From Podarcis muralis (Eukaryota): DNA of 64,000 nucleotides. Shown here one piece after another: positions 45,752 to 57,019 of this stretch (its first letter is position 1; every line of letters starts with the position of its first letter). Location of the stretch: the NCBI RefSeq assembly GCF_964188315.1, contig NC_135655.1:434001-498000 (forward strand), in the 5' to 3' direction. The position numbers and the translations under genes are program-made. The notes below the pieces were generated by a model. It saw only the letters and a program-made list of their open reading frames with translations, did not search any database and was not told the origin of the DNA.

Positions 45752-48256
45752 ATGCGGGACGAGGAAGGCGAGCGAGACGCGCGAGGCGGAGGCCCCTTCC
45801 GCTTCCGCCCGGCCAGGCTCCGCTTCCCCGCGCAGCACCCCTTCTTCGAGGCAGGCGGGCGGGCGGGCTGAGGGGGGGGGGAGAGAGGGGAGCCCTGGGG
45901 GGGGAGAGGGGAGCCCGGGGGGGGGAGAGGGGAGCCCGGGGGCGGGGGCCCTCCCGGAAGGGGCGTCATCCGGGTCTTTCTTCCTTCCTCTTAGGACGGC
46001 GACGTCCAGCGGCATCTCCGCCTCCAGGATGCGCAGCCCAGCGCCGTCCCCGGAGGGGCCTCACGGTGAGCGTCGCCCTCGGGGGAACCCCGGCGCCCCT
46101 TCTCCCCCCCCCCCTGCGGGGCGGGTCTGGATGGCCTTTGGGTGCCCCTTCCGACCCCCCCCCCCTTCCCCGCTGTGTCTCCCGCAGGCCCCCCGCCGCC
46201 GCCGCCGCCTTCCCGTGCCCGGCCGTGGGCTGCGCGCAGGTCTTCGACTCCCTGGCCAGCTGCGAGCACCACTACGGCCTCCTGCACCGCAGCGCCTGCT
46301 CGGCCTGCCAGCGCGCCTTCCCCTCGGCGCACCTGCTGCACCTGCACCTGCTGGAGTGGCACGACGCCCTCTTCGGGGTCATGGCGGAGAAGCGCAGCCT
46401 GGTGAGAGCCGGAGGCCCCTGGAAGGCAAGGCAGCCCCCGCGGCCCACATCCTCCCGCCTGCTCCATGAAGACCATTGGACCAGTAGCCAGCTGCTTCTT
46501 CATGATAATGATTTTATTATTTGTATCTTGTCCGCCTGACTGTATTGCCCCAGCCACTCTGGGCGGCTTCCAACAAATTATAAAAACGCAATAAGACATC
46601 AGAGATTCTTTTTTAAAAAACCACCTCCGCTTGAGTGGTTGGCACCCCAAATGCTGACCAGCCCCCTCTTGCCCCCTTTTCTAGTACCAATGCCTGGTTG
46701 AGAGCTGTCCGGAGAAGTTCAAGAACAGCAAAGAGCGCAAGGAGCACTTGGTCCGAGTTCACTGCTACCCGTCGGACTTCCGCTTTGATAAACCCGTGAA
46801 GGCAAAGAGGTAAGTACTCAGGTGTGGGTAATGGGGGGGGGGGGCAGACATGCTCACTGTTCAGCAGACTGGCTTTGGACAACGGGGGGGGGGGGAGCAG
46901 ACAGATCTTCTACACAAATCTAGTACTGTTTGGCTTTCTTTGGAATCCTGCCCGTTTCGCCCAGGAGCCAAGGTAGGTGAGGCTGAGAGGAAGTGCCTGG
47001 CCCCAAGGCCACTTGGTGAGCTTCATGGGTGGGGAGGGATTTAGATCCTCTTCTAAAAAGTCTTTGCCTGCCACTGCATGTTGCAGGAAGAAAAGCAAGG
47101 CTGGGGGGAGAAGAAGCTGACAGGGGAGAAGGGCCAGGACTCACAGACAGCCTCCATGTGGTGAGAGAAACTGGGGTGGTGGCAGCAGCAAGGTCCTCAT
47201 GCCTTTTCATAAAAAGTTTGCAAGGGTTTTGCTCTGGGCTGTGTTTTTGCACCAGCACAAAGGCAGCGAGATCTCCCTCCAGAGAGAGCGCCTTCCCGAT
47301 GGATGTGTGGGAGGGAGAAGACTGCAGGGAGCCGGCAGCGGACGATGCCATGGAAGTCGGCCCCAGCGAGAGCACAGAGGAGAAGCCGCCCCAGCCTGGG
47401 GCAGAGGACACGCCAGCCTTTCCGCCACCTGAGAGGCGGCTCTACAGCTCCAGGTAGGAGCCTCTCCTGGAGCGGCTGTCCTCGTCTTAGCATCCGCTTG
47501 TTCTCTGTGTGTGGAGAACAATGTCAACGCTTGCTTCTTCTGTCAGCCACAAACTAAAAAGGGTCACAAAACCTCCAAGAGAAAATAGGTATCTCATCTT
47601 AAAATCCTGCCCCAAATCTTTTAGAATGGCTGGAAGCTGCATGAATGGCATTGTGTGAGTGAAACTCGGGGCAATTTGGCACTACTAACTAATATTGCTG
47701 TTTATATTAAAATTATATCCCCTTTCCTCCTGAAGAAGCACAGGGTAGTAACGTCTTGAAATGTGTAAGTCTGGCCTCTGGAATAAGTCAGGAGGAGCTG
47801 TTCTGCTTTTGGAATATTGTTTGCATGTATATATGTTTGCATAGCTTAGTTACTGAACTGGTGACTGAGTAATTTTTTTACTAATCAAATGACAACGCTG
47901 CATGCACTTCTGGTAACATGAGCTCAATCTGGAGGTACCAGAAATGAGTTAAAATAAGGAACTACACCCGTTGTTGAGCCTGAGTGGCTGAGCAACAGGG
48001 AAGCGTAACAAATTTCAAAAGATTTCTGGGCCTTCTGTTGTCACACAAGTTATCTTAAATGGCCACGCTCGCATATGGCATTTGGAGACCTGAGAAGCCT
48101 CAGCCAAGCCTCTGATCCACCCGGAGCCCTTTTTACTGCTGGCCATGAGGACACTGAAAGCTCTTTTGCTGTTCCTTCTCTTCCAGTGTCCCACACACTG
48201 TTTGCTTTGGACAAGGGGCAAAGCGCAGCTTCCAAGGCAGAAAAAAGAAGGCCTGA
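45752..48256 (+). CDS. ZNF511: Zinc finger protein 511, 6 exons
   Basis: Exons: 45752-45850, 45995-46065, 46188-46401, 46685-46809, 47256-47453, 48187-48256. Motifs PFRFRPARLRFPAQHPFFE|DGDVQRHL, C2H2 fingers CPAVGCAQVF..CEHHY..LH and CSACQRAFPSAHLLHLHLLEWHD, YQCLVESC..HLVRVHCYPSDFRFDKP, VCFGQGA. Intron 1 is GC-AG. The start codon is inferred. Confidence 0.93.
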
Positions 48257-48516
48257 GGGACCAAAGAGGAACTTCAGGAAGTGGCAGAGTGAAGAAAGGC
48301 TTTTGCAAAGCCCAGGCGGCCTTTCCTCGGGCGGAGGAGCTAGTTTTGACCCTTCAGCAGAGGCAAAGTGGGCTCTGGTGCAGGGAGGTGCGCCTGCCCT
48401 ACCTGGCAGAGACAGTGAACTGGGTCCTTCTCCAACTGGGAGCTGCTCCTGCAGGCCAGGAGTCCCCAGGAGCAGAGTTGCGTGCAGAGGGTGAAAATCG
48501 TTTCTGTATTTTTGAA

Positions 48517-48522
48517 AATAAA
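48517..48522 (+). terminator. Probable ZNF511 polyadenylation signal
   Basis: AATAAA 260 nt after the stop, followed by GT-rich sequence. Confidence 0.6.
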
Positions 48523-49379
48523 ATGCTTGGTGTTTACAGAATCCTGGATGTTGAAAAGAGCAGCTGGTTGATTAAGCCACAAGAGGCAAATGGAGGGTCA
48601 TCTCTCTCTGAACAAAATGCATGAAATACACAATCTGCATCTAAAAATAATCTGTTCCTATGTTGCAAGAAATGTCCTATCGTCTCTCCATTAATCAAAA
48701 GGGGCCAAAGTATTATCTTTCCAGTCAATATCAGTCTTTTGGCAGAAGTAAGGGCACAAAGAGTCCATCTAGATCGACCAGCTGCCAAGCCTCATATAAT
48801 TGACATGACATTTAGGATAATGTCATCATCTGACAATTTTATTTCCCCCCAAATATAGTATTTATACATCCTAAGACTTTAATCCAAAAATTCATAAACG
48901 TCAGACATTGGTTAAACTTACGTTTCAAAGAAGCATTTTCCTAATTACATTTTCTGCAACATGTTGTGGATAGTCCCTTTCTGTACAAAAGTACCAGTCC
49001 AATTCTAAATACTATCTTTTGTTGCCCAAGACGTAGTTTATAATCTAAAAAACATTTGCTATGGAAGCTAAGACATTATTATGTTTCTTAGTGGCTTTAT
49101 ACAAAGAAAATCTCAAAGCAACTTAACAATACACTGTATAAAATAGAACTGGATAAAACCAGTTTAAAATCCGGGTGGAGGGAGACCCCTAACATATCTA
49201 TGAGACATTTAAATCATCAGTATGTGCTGGTGGTTCTATACAAAAATGTATTGCGGTGGCCTGTCTTAAAAAGACTGTTTCCAAGAGACACCTAAAAAGC
49301 TGCAGGGAGTTCCACGGGCATCCTTCTCCTTCCTGTGGGGCCAACAGCACCTTGTTGAGTTTCTCAACCAGGGAAGCGC

Positions 49380-50720
49380 CCCCCCCCCCAGTGCAGCCAA
49401 GTGCAGTCGCAGGGAGACCCCCTCATGGGGGGGGGCTTATCTGGCCCCCCCGCTGGAGCTGGCGCTTCTTTCCTTGGGGCTCAGGGCAGCCCCGCCACCC
49501 AGCCTGCGCCCCTGCACCTGCTCGGCCTGGCCGGGCAGGGAGGGGTCCCTTGGCTGCAGCCCCTCTTCCTCCTTCGCCCCGCAGCTCCCCCCGTTTCCAT
49601 GGCGACGGGGTGGGGTGGGGAGGGAGCCCGGCCGGGAGGAGGAGGCGGACGCCGCGCAGCAGCAGCAGCAGCGACTGGGACGGAGGCGCCGCCAGGTGAG
49701 CGCGGGGGGGGGGAGGAGAGGGGCGCCTCCCTGGAGCGCCAAGGGGCCCCGCATCCCCCAGAGAAGACCCGGCTGGTCGCCCCGGTCTGGGCGGGGGGGG
49801 GGGGGAGTGGGATGGGCAACCTTGCCCTTCCCCGGGGGCGACCCAGAGTCCCCCCCCCCGGCCGGGATGGGCTCCCGTCGGCCACCACAGGACCCCCTCG
49901 CGGCCCTTCTTTGTCCCTCCGCCCCCCTCTCCAGACGCAGGGTTCTGCAAGGAGGCGCCCTCAGCAGAAGGAGCAGGGGGCTCTTCCAAGGCTGCCCCCC
50001 CCCGGCTTGCCCCTCTTTGGAAGCAAGGGGGACTGCCCTGCGGGGGGGGGTGGACTAGATGCCCCGGGCTCCCCTCCAGACCCGGCCAGTCTTGGCTCCT
50101 GGAGGCATCGCAGGAAGCCGGGGGCTCCGCCTGCCCCCCCCCCCCCCCGCGGGGCTGCTCTGGCTTCGTCCTTCTCTGGCTTCCTGCCTGGGCGAGAACG
50201 GGAAAGGTGAGTCATCTTAGCTGCAGGTGGCTCCGTCCTGTCCCCTGTCCCCCCCCCGCCCTCCTCCGAGGAATCGGAGCACCCCGCCCGCCCCCGGCAA
50301 GAGGGTCCCCCGGCCGAGAGCAGGAGGCGGCGGGGGGCGGGCAGGTGAGGGCCCCCAGTCCGGAGCAGCTGCGCCTCCCCGCCGCGCTGGGCGCGCCAGG
50401 GGCGGAGGTGGATGCTGGGCGGGAGGGAGGTCCAGGCTCTGCCCGGAGGAGGAGGAGGAGGAGGAGGAGGAAACGGGAGCCTGGTCTCTCCGCTGCGCAA
50501 GGAGCTCCGGAGCAGCCGGCAGACGCGCCTTGGGGGCTCAGGACGCGGAGCAGAGATCGCAGCAGCAGCAGCAGCAGCAGCAGGTGGGTCTTGGCCGGGC
50601 TGAGCGCTGCCTGCCGGGGCTGGACTGCGCGGCGAAGGAGGCAGCGCTGGGGGCACCGAGGAGGGAAGAGTCAGGCCCAGCCTGCTTGGGTCGCTTGGGC
50701 TACCGCCAGGTGGACGGAGA
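49380..50720 (+). promoter_or_regulatory. CpG island: probable promoter and first exon(s) of the CYB561 gene
   Basis: Very CpG-rich. Plus-strand donors at 49695 (CAG|GTGAGC), 50206 (AAG|GTGAGT) and 50583 (CAG|GTGGGT). The first recognisable coding exon begins after an acceptor at 53884. Confidence 0.65.
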
Positions 50721-51109
50721 GGATTTCTTTGGCTCTGCTGACTGCAAGGGGCGCCCAAGGAAGCAGATGGCTCTTTCGCAGAACTGGGTGGCAAGGGCAG
50801 GTCTGCCAGCCACTTCGGAGTGGATCCGACTTGCCAGAGTTCAGCCAAACAGGTGGAGGGGCTTGTGGGCAAGATGCCTTTCATGGTTCTTTTTTTATAT
50901 AACGTGGAACCTATAATATTTATTGATTTGCAGAATTTGTTGAAATTTTCAAGTCAGTGCTGGGGTTTTTGTGCAAGAGAAGTCTAGAAAGTGTGTGTGT
51001 GTGTGAGGGGGGTTATCTCTGCTGTGACTTGGGGGGCAATTTGTATGAAAATAGCTTACATATATTTTTGCCGAGCCCCCCACTTTTCTTTCTTGTTGGT
51101 ATTGTCTGC

Positions 51110-51480
51110 ATTTGGGCCTTCAGTATTTCTCCTTTTAGAAACTCCCATCCTTCTTGGACTCCCTTCTCTTTGACGGTGGGATCACACCCAGTAGCTCCTT
51201 AAGCTATATGAAGTTGGCCCTTTTGAAGTCCAGAGTCTGTGTCCGACTTTCATTTCCCCTTTCCTCTGTATCCTGAAACCCAGGAGAAGAGGATCACTTC
51301 CTCCCAAGTTTCAGAGTTTCCAAGTGCTTCCAGCTCCTCCCTGTTGGTGAGGACCAGATCCAAGATAGATGATCCCCTTGTTGGTTCTTCCACCTTCTGG
51401 GAAATGAAATGGTCAGCAGGGCAAGGGAGGAATTTGTCAGACCTTACACGCTTGGACCAGAAGATGATGCCCAGGGTCCC
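51110..51480 (-). mobile_element. CR1 LINE endonuclease-region fragment
   Basis: SDKFL...[23 protein letters not shown], a typical CR1 EN motif. Confidence 0.8.
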
Positions 51481-51769
51481 TTTCAACTCCACAATGACAC
51501 AGGGGGAAGGGACTTGGGATGTGTGAAAGTTGGTTTGAGGTTTTGATTTTTGATTTTTTTGTCCCTTGGCAGCAACTGGTAACTCCATTCTATTACCCCC
51601 CCCCCCCGGCACTGTGATTGGGAGACGGAAGGAGAGCCTGGCTAAGGTGCTCCCTGATTAGAGGCTGGTGCTGCCAGTCACCTCCTCCCCTCCTGCCCTG
51701 GCACATCCCTTACATGGCAAGCCTCACGGGACAGGCAGTGTGGGCCTGGCATGGAGGGGGGGGCGTGCA

Positions 51770-51935
51770 ATGCTGCCTCATACTGAGTTGGACCCATTGC
51801 TGCATCTCGCTCAGTACCGTCTGCACTGACTGGCAGCAGTGGCTCTCCAGGATTTCAGGCAAGGAGTCTCTCCCCAGCCTTGCCTGGAGATGCCAATGAC
51901 TTTCTGCATGCCAAGCAGCTGTTCTACCACAGACC
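51770..51935 (-). mobile_element. Degenerate squamate tRNA-derived SINE
   Basis: Minus strand has gcatgcagaaag...gcatctccagg..gctgggga.agactcc..cctgaaatcctggagagcc.ctgcca.tcagtg, recalled as a common squamate SINE body. Confidence 0.55.
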
Positions 51936-52489
51936 AACTTATGGAGAGCAGGAAGGAAAGTGCAGCCCCTCTCCCTGGCAAGTCAGCACAGCCTAAGGAA
52001 TCCCCTGCCTTGCGCCTCTCCCTAGGGAGGCCTGTTCTGCAGCCAGATGTTTTCATCTGTTTTAATGGCAGCTCCTGCTCTTTGCTGTTGTGGAGCAGCA
52101 GACTCCAAAGTGCTCGGGGGGGGGGGGCAGAGGGGGATCTGGTTGGGGAGCAGGATGTGCCCAACAGAAGCCTGGATCCTGGAAGCTGAGGTGGGAGTGG
52201 GTGTCTTTATCACATTTGCATCGATTCTTGGCCAGAGCTGCAGGCCTTATTAGATCAGCGCAGTTAAGTGGATTAAGTCAATTGGCTTAGCCCCGTCCTT
52301 CTCCCTGCTGCAAAGGCCAGCTGTGTGCTGTGCAACAGAACAGGCCCCTAGGGTACCCACATCCCTGGCAGAGGGGCAGGGAGATCCAGAGCCCAGCAAC
52401 GCAGCTGGGGGACAACTCACCAGGCTCCGCAGAGGCATTGCAGGCTCTGCTTCTCCACCAGCAAATGGTGGTGCTGAGGTTTTGCCCAC

Positions 52490-52844
52490 AAGGTAAAGGA
52501 CCTCTGGACGATTAAGTCCAGTCAAAGGCGTCTACAGGGTTGTGGTGCTCATCTCACTTTCAGGCCGAGGGAGCCGCTTTTTGTCCATAGATAGCTTTTC
52601 GGATTGTGTGGCTAGCAGGACTAAACCATTTCTGGTGCAATCGGACACCATGACAGAAGCCAGAGCACACAGAAACGCCATTTAGCTTCCCGTCACAGTG
52701 GTACCTATTTATCTACTTGCACTGGCATGCTTTCGAACTGCTAGGTTGGCAGGAGCTGGGAAAAGGCCACAGGAACTCATTCCGTTGCGGGGATTTGAAC
52801 TGCCGACCTTCTGATCAGCAAGTCCAAGAGGCTCAGTGGTTTAG
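52490..52844 (-). mobile_element. Sauria SINE, diverged
   Basis: Reverse complement of the cctagcagttcgaaagcatg...gcaagtagataaataggtacc core; ACCTTTACCT-type tail. Confidence 0.85.
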
Positions 52845-53907
52845 TCCTGGTTCTGCCCATAAGCACATCTTGGCTCCATCCTGCCCTATCTTTGGGTGGA
52901 GGCTCAGTAGAAGAGAGAAGCTGGAAGGCAGCCTGCAGGCGGTGGGGGGCGGGCGGTCAGACTTTGCATTTCCCTTTCCCAAGAGCAGAGGCTCTGGCTT
53001 GGATTGGGAACTCCCAGTGCAGAGAGGACACCATCATTGTTGGTTGTGGCCCAACGAAGGCATTTTTGTGTTTTCATGGGGCTTGTGTTTGTTTTAAAGG
53101 GGAGGATGTTTGCAGACCTTTCTGCTGTGTTGGGTCAAAGTGCAGAGAAGGACCTGAAGATGCAGGTGGGGAGCAAGCATTTTGGGTGAGGGACTCCTGG
53201 GGGGAGTTTGGCCAGAGTGGCCTTCCCCAACATGGTGCTTCATGCCTGCTCAGATGTTCTGAACTCTCCAGGTCCCATCAGGTACCCCAAAACATTGCTG
53301 TATGAAGCCGAGGAGAATGGGAGTTGTAGCTCCCAGTTGCAGAAGGCGGAGGAGCCTCAGACTCTTGCCCCACAGCTTTGGCTTGGGCTCTCTGCCCCAG
53401 GGCCAAGTGGGGCCATGCCAGCTTCCTCTTCTCCCTGATCCTTATAGAGCCACGAAATGGTGAAGGAGAAACCCCAGGCAGCCTGGCCCAGCGTCTTAGT
53501 TGTGTATGAAAAGTATTCATAGAGCACCCTTCGTGCAAAATTCCAGAGCTGTGTGCAGCAAGCTTTACAAAAGAGATAAAATATCACTTTAAAACAATGC
53601 AGACAGATAATTAAGAATCGCAACGGGCTCCACTGGAAGTCCAGCGAGATCTTGAGGGCCACCTTTGGCTTGTAGTGTAACTGGTCCACCCTCTGGGCCT
53701 TCTTTGGCCACTGGAATCAACAGAAGATCTGGTGACGGGTGCAGCTTCTCCAAGCTGCTGCTGCCAAGTGGGACAAGGAGGGGTGCAGGTCTCCCCCAAA
53801 TTCCAGTTCCCCTGAGATTTCCAGAGGGAGCCCCTGCCCTCCCTGGGTCTACCTGCTGACAGCTGTGCCCCTCTTGTTTGGCAGCCCCGGGCTCTGCTGA
53901 GCACAGC

Positions 53908-56900
53908 ATGGAGGATTCTCCAGCCAGGAGCGCCAGTCCATCTGGCCTCACCTACGCCGTGGCTGCTTCACAGGTGGTGGGCCTGGCCGTGATCACCCTG
54001 ACCGGGGCCTGGATGGGCCAATACCGAGGCGGCATTGCCTGGGATGGATCCAAGCTGCAGTTCAATGCCCACCCACTGTGCATGGTCATTGGGATGGTCT
54101 TCCTCCAAGGAGACGGTAAGGAAGCGGTGGGAGGGGGGCCTTTTGAGAACTGCCTTCCAAGGGAGACAACTGGGAGCTGCTTATTTCAAACCCCTCCCCC
54201 TGCTGTAACTGCATTCACAATTTAGGAGAGGGGGCAGAACAGGATGTGCCACCCACCCCACGTACCAAAAGAGGCAGAAGCACATCTTGCACTGCCCAGC
54301 CAAGGGTCCACAAACTGTGTCTGCGCATGGTCATTCAGCCACATGATTAAGGCAGATGCTCCACTAGATTATCTTCCACTCTGTTACTCAAATCCCAGAC
54401 TTTTGAGAGACCCTCAAACCTTTTCAATTATTTGTTTTTTAAAAATATATTTATGAATTTATAAGTGTACAAAATACAGAACTGAAGAACACTACTTGTG
54501 GGGTCTGAGCGGAGCAGTTCCTGGCCAGGGGAGCAAGAGCCAAGCCCCCTCTCAGCCAGCCCCACACCTCATCGCCCCTCTCCCCTCCCTCTTCTCCTCT
54601 TGCAGCCCTCCTGGTATATCGGGTCTTCCGGAACGAGAGCAAGCGTTCCACCAAAATCCTCCATGGGCTGCTCCACGCCCTGGCGCTGGTCATTGCACTG
54701 GTTGGTGAGTCCGGGGGGGGGGGGGCAGCTGGAATAATCTGCCCTGTTTGCTTGAGCATCAACCTCCTGCCTGCCTTCTCAGAAGCCCCTCTGAGGGGCA
54801 CCAGGCTCAAGGGGGTGGTCAGAGGCTTCCCTGAGTCTCAGGGTCAACCCACAGCTCCTCTGAGTTCTCCAATAAGCTGGAGGAAGCGGGCATGTTTTGG
54901 GCCTCCTCTCCCATAAAAACATACGGCTGGGGTGGATGAGGCCGTGGGTGGCTTACTGTGTTCCTCACATATCTGGATTGGAATACAACTAGCAGGGCTC
55001 CCCCAGACAGACAGACAGACAGTCTCCACCACCTGCCATTTCCACCCATGTGCTTCTTCCCAGGCAAGTTGGACCTGCCCATCTCCCCATCCCTCGTCCC
55101 TCATGTTAAGTGGGGTCCCACTCTGGTGCAGTTTTGGCAGGGGGTCACCTGAGGCCTCTCCCACCCTCCAGGTCTGATAGCCGTGTTCCAATTCCACAAG
55201 AAGCAGAGCATCCCAGACATGTACAGCCTGCACAGCTGGTGCGGCATCCTGGCCTTTGGCTTCTACTTTGTGCAGGTGAGGCAAAAGCAGAGCGGGAGGA
55301 AGAAAGGGGGCTGGTGTCTGCCTGGCCTCCTTCCAAAGCTGGTCTGTGCCCCAGAGAGCAGCGAGGGAGAAATGCAAGAGGGGCAGGAAACCAGAGCAAG
55401 AGAAAGGAAGAAACTCTGGCTGCTGATTCCCCTGTTGAAACGGCATCTGGTGCTGGGGCTCCCCAGATTCCTCAGCAGCCTTGGAGGGGGGCTTGAGCTG
55501 TCCAGGGGTCGGTCTGGACACAAGCGATTAGAGGAAGGACACCCTTGAGCCACATCCTTGCTGGACGCTGCAGCCTGACAGCTTCAGAGCTTCCAGCAGC
55601 CACCCACATCCATCTCAGGGGGGCCTCTGATTCCAGGCGCTGGATGGGGGATCTCTGGGAGGGCTCCATCTGCACTGCAGAAACAACACGGGGCTCTTGA
55701 CACTGTCTGCCTGGGGAGCTGGGTCTTGGCTCCCAGGAGCCTCATCTTTTCCCAAAGCACAGCTGATCTGCATTGCTGGGAGCCCTTCCTGCGCCCCCCC
55801 TTCCTCCTGGGGGGGGGGGTCACTTGCAGTGGCACCACATAAAATCTTAAGAGTTGGAAGGGACCCCCCAGGGTCATCCAGCCCAGCCCCCTGCAATGCA
55901 GGAATCTCAGCTAAAGCATCCATGACAGAGGGCCCTCCAGCCTCTGCTTAAAAACCTCCAAGGAAGGAAGCTGCCGCTCTGAATTGCCTTTGAGCCAGCC
56001 CTTGTGCCCCCCCCCCATCATGGCTTCCTGGGATTATTGGAAGGGAGACCTTTCGCCCCTCATCCTGGGGCACCACCCGCCTCTCACCAGAACTTAAAGG
56101 CGGTGGCGGCAAGGGAGCTTGCAGTGTTTGAGGGCTGGCTCCTCTTTGCCTCCTGATTGTTTAGTCAATTCTGGGGGTGGGATGGGCTCCATGGGAGGTG
56201 GGCTGCTGTCTCTTGACTTTGGGGCACTGCCTCCCCTTCCTCCCTAGTGGCTGCTGGGCTGGAGCTTCTTCCTCTTCCCCGGAGCCTCCTTTTCGCTCCG
56301 CAGCAGATACAAACCGCAGCATGTCTTCTTTGGGGCTGCCCTCCTCATCCTTTCCATCGCCACTGCCCTGCTGGGAATCCTGGAGGTGCTGCTCTTCAAC
56401 ATCAAGTGAGTGGCCCCCACTTTGTGGAAGTGTTTCCGTTTTAACTTACAACCTGATGGCTCTGTCTCTGCTCGGCTTCCTTCTGATAAATCCAGAATTC
56501 TGGGCTGCAAAGTCAGGGATGGAGCAGAAATGACTGCCTAGGAGGGGTGTTCATTACAGCTTTTTGCAGTTGACTTGGCTAATATATTCTCAAATCAACA
56601 TCCTGCAAAATGGCAGCAGTGCTGGGCTTGGAACTGAGTGCCGTCTCTATTGCCTCCTCTGGCCTGGAAGGCAGAATGAGATTCTGAACATGTCTGGTCA
56701 GCAGACGAGTTGCCCAAAGCCTTGAGCTGCCTTTTTCTTAAATGAATGAATTAGAAATTGGGGGGTGGGGTGGGGTGGAGATAAAGTGCTTGTGCTAATG
56801 TCAACCTTTCTGTTCTTGCTCAGGGAGACTTACAGCTCCTTTGCCCCAGAGGGAGTCCTTGCCAACACCTTGGGCCTCCTGCTGGTGGCTTTTGGGGCCA

Positions 56901-57019
56901 TTGTGGGCTACATCTTGACACGGGAGGAGTGGCAAAGGCCCCCCTTGGCTGAGGAGATGGCCCTGTCCATGGATTTCAAGACCCTCACGGAAGAGGGCAG
57001 CCCAACAAGCCCCCAATGA
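53908..57019 (+). CDS. CYB561: Transmembrane ascorbate-dependent reductase cytochrome b561 (CYB561/A1-type), 5 coding exons
   Basis: Exons: 53908-54115, 54606-54704, 55172-55275, 56248-56405, 56824-57019. Heme-His motifs [30 protein letters not shown]. The C-terminus [14 protein letters not shown] closely matches recalled human CYB561. Orthology versus paralogy is not established. Confidence 0.9.
55843..55970 (-). mobile_element. CR1 3' tip in CYB561 intron
   Basis: gagttggaagggacccc.agggtcatc.agccca is the reverse complement of the CR1 tail. Confidence 0.7.

Noticed and set aside
44940-46650. Overlapping 200-426 aa ORFs around TUBGCP2/ZNF511, including 45622-46539 from a good-context ATG
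   Set aside because: The 45622 ATG is out of frame with ZNF511 exon 1. The ORFs run through GC-rich introns and have no coherent domain.
48780-49330. AT-rich block possibly derived from an old LINE; similar block at ~57700-58140
   Set aside because: No diagnostic motif could be read in any frame.
49401-50916. Long ORFs (188-307 aa) and apparent poly-Gln/poly-Glu frames in the CYB561 island
   Set aside because: Composition artefacts of (GCA)n and (GGA)n repeats; only the spliced phase-1 options are kept as a hypothesis.
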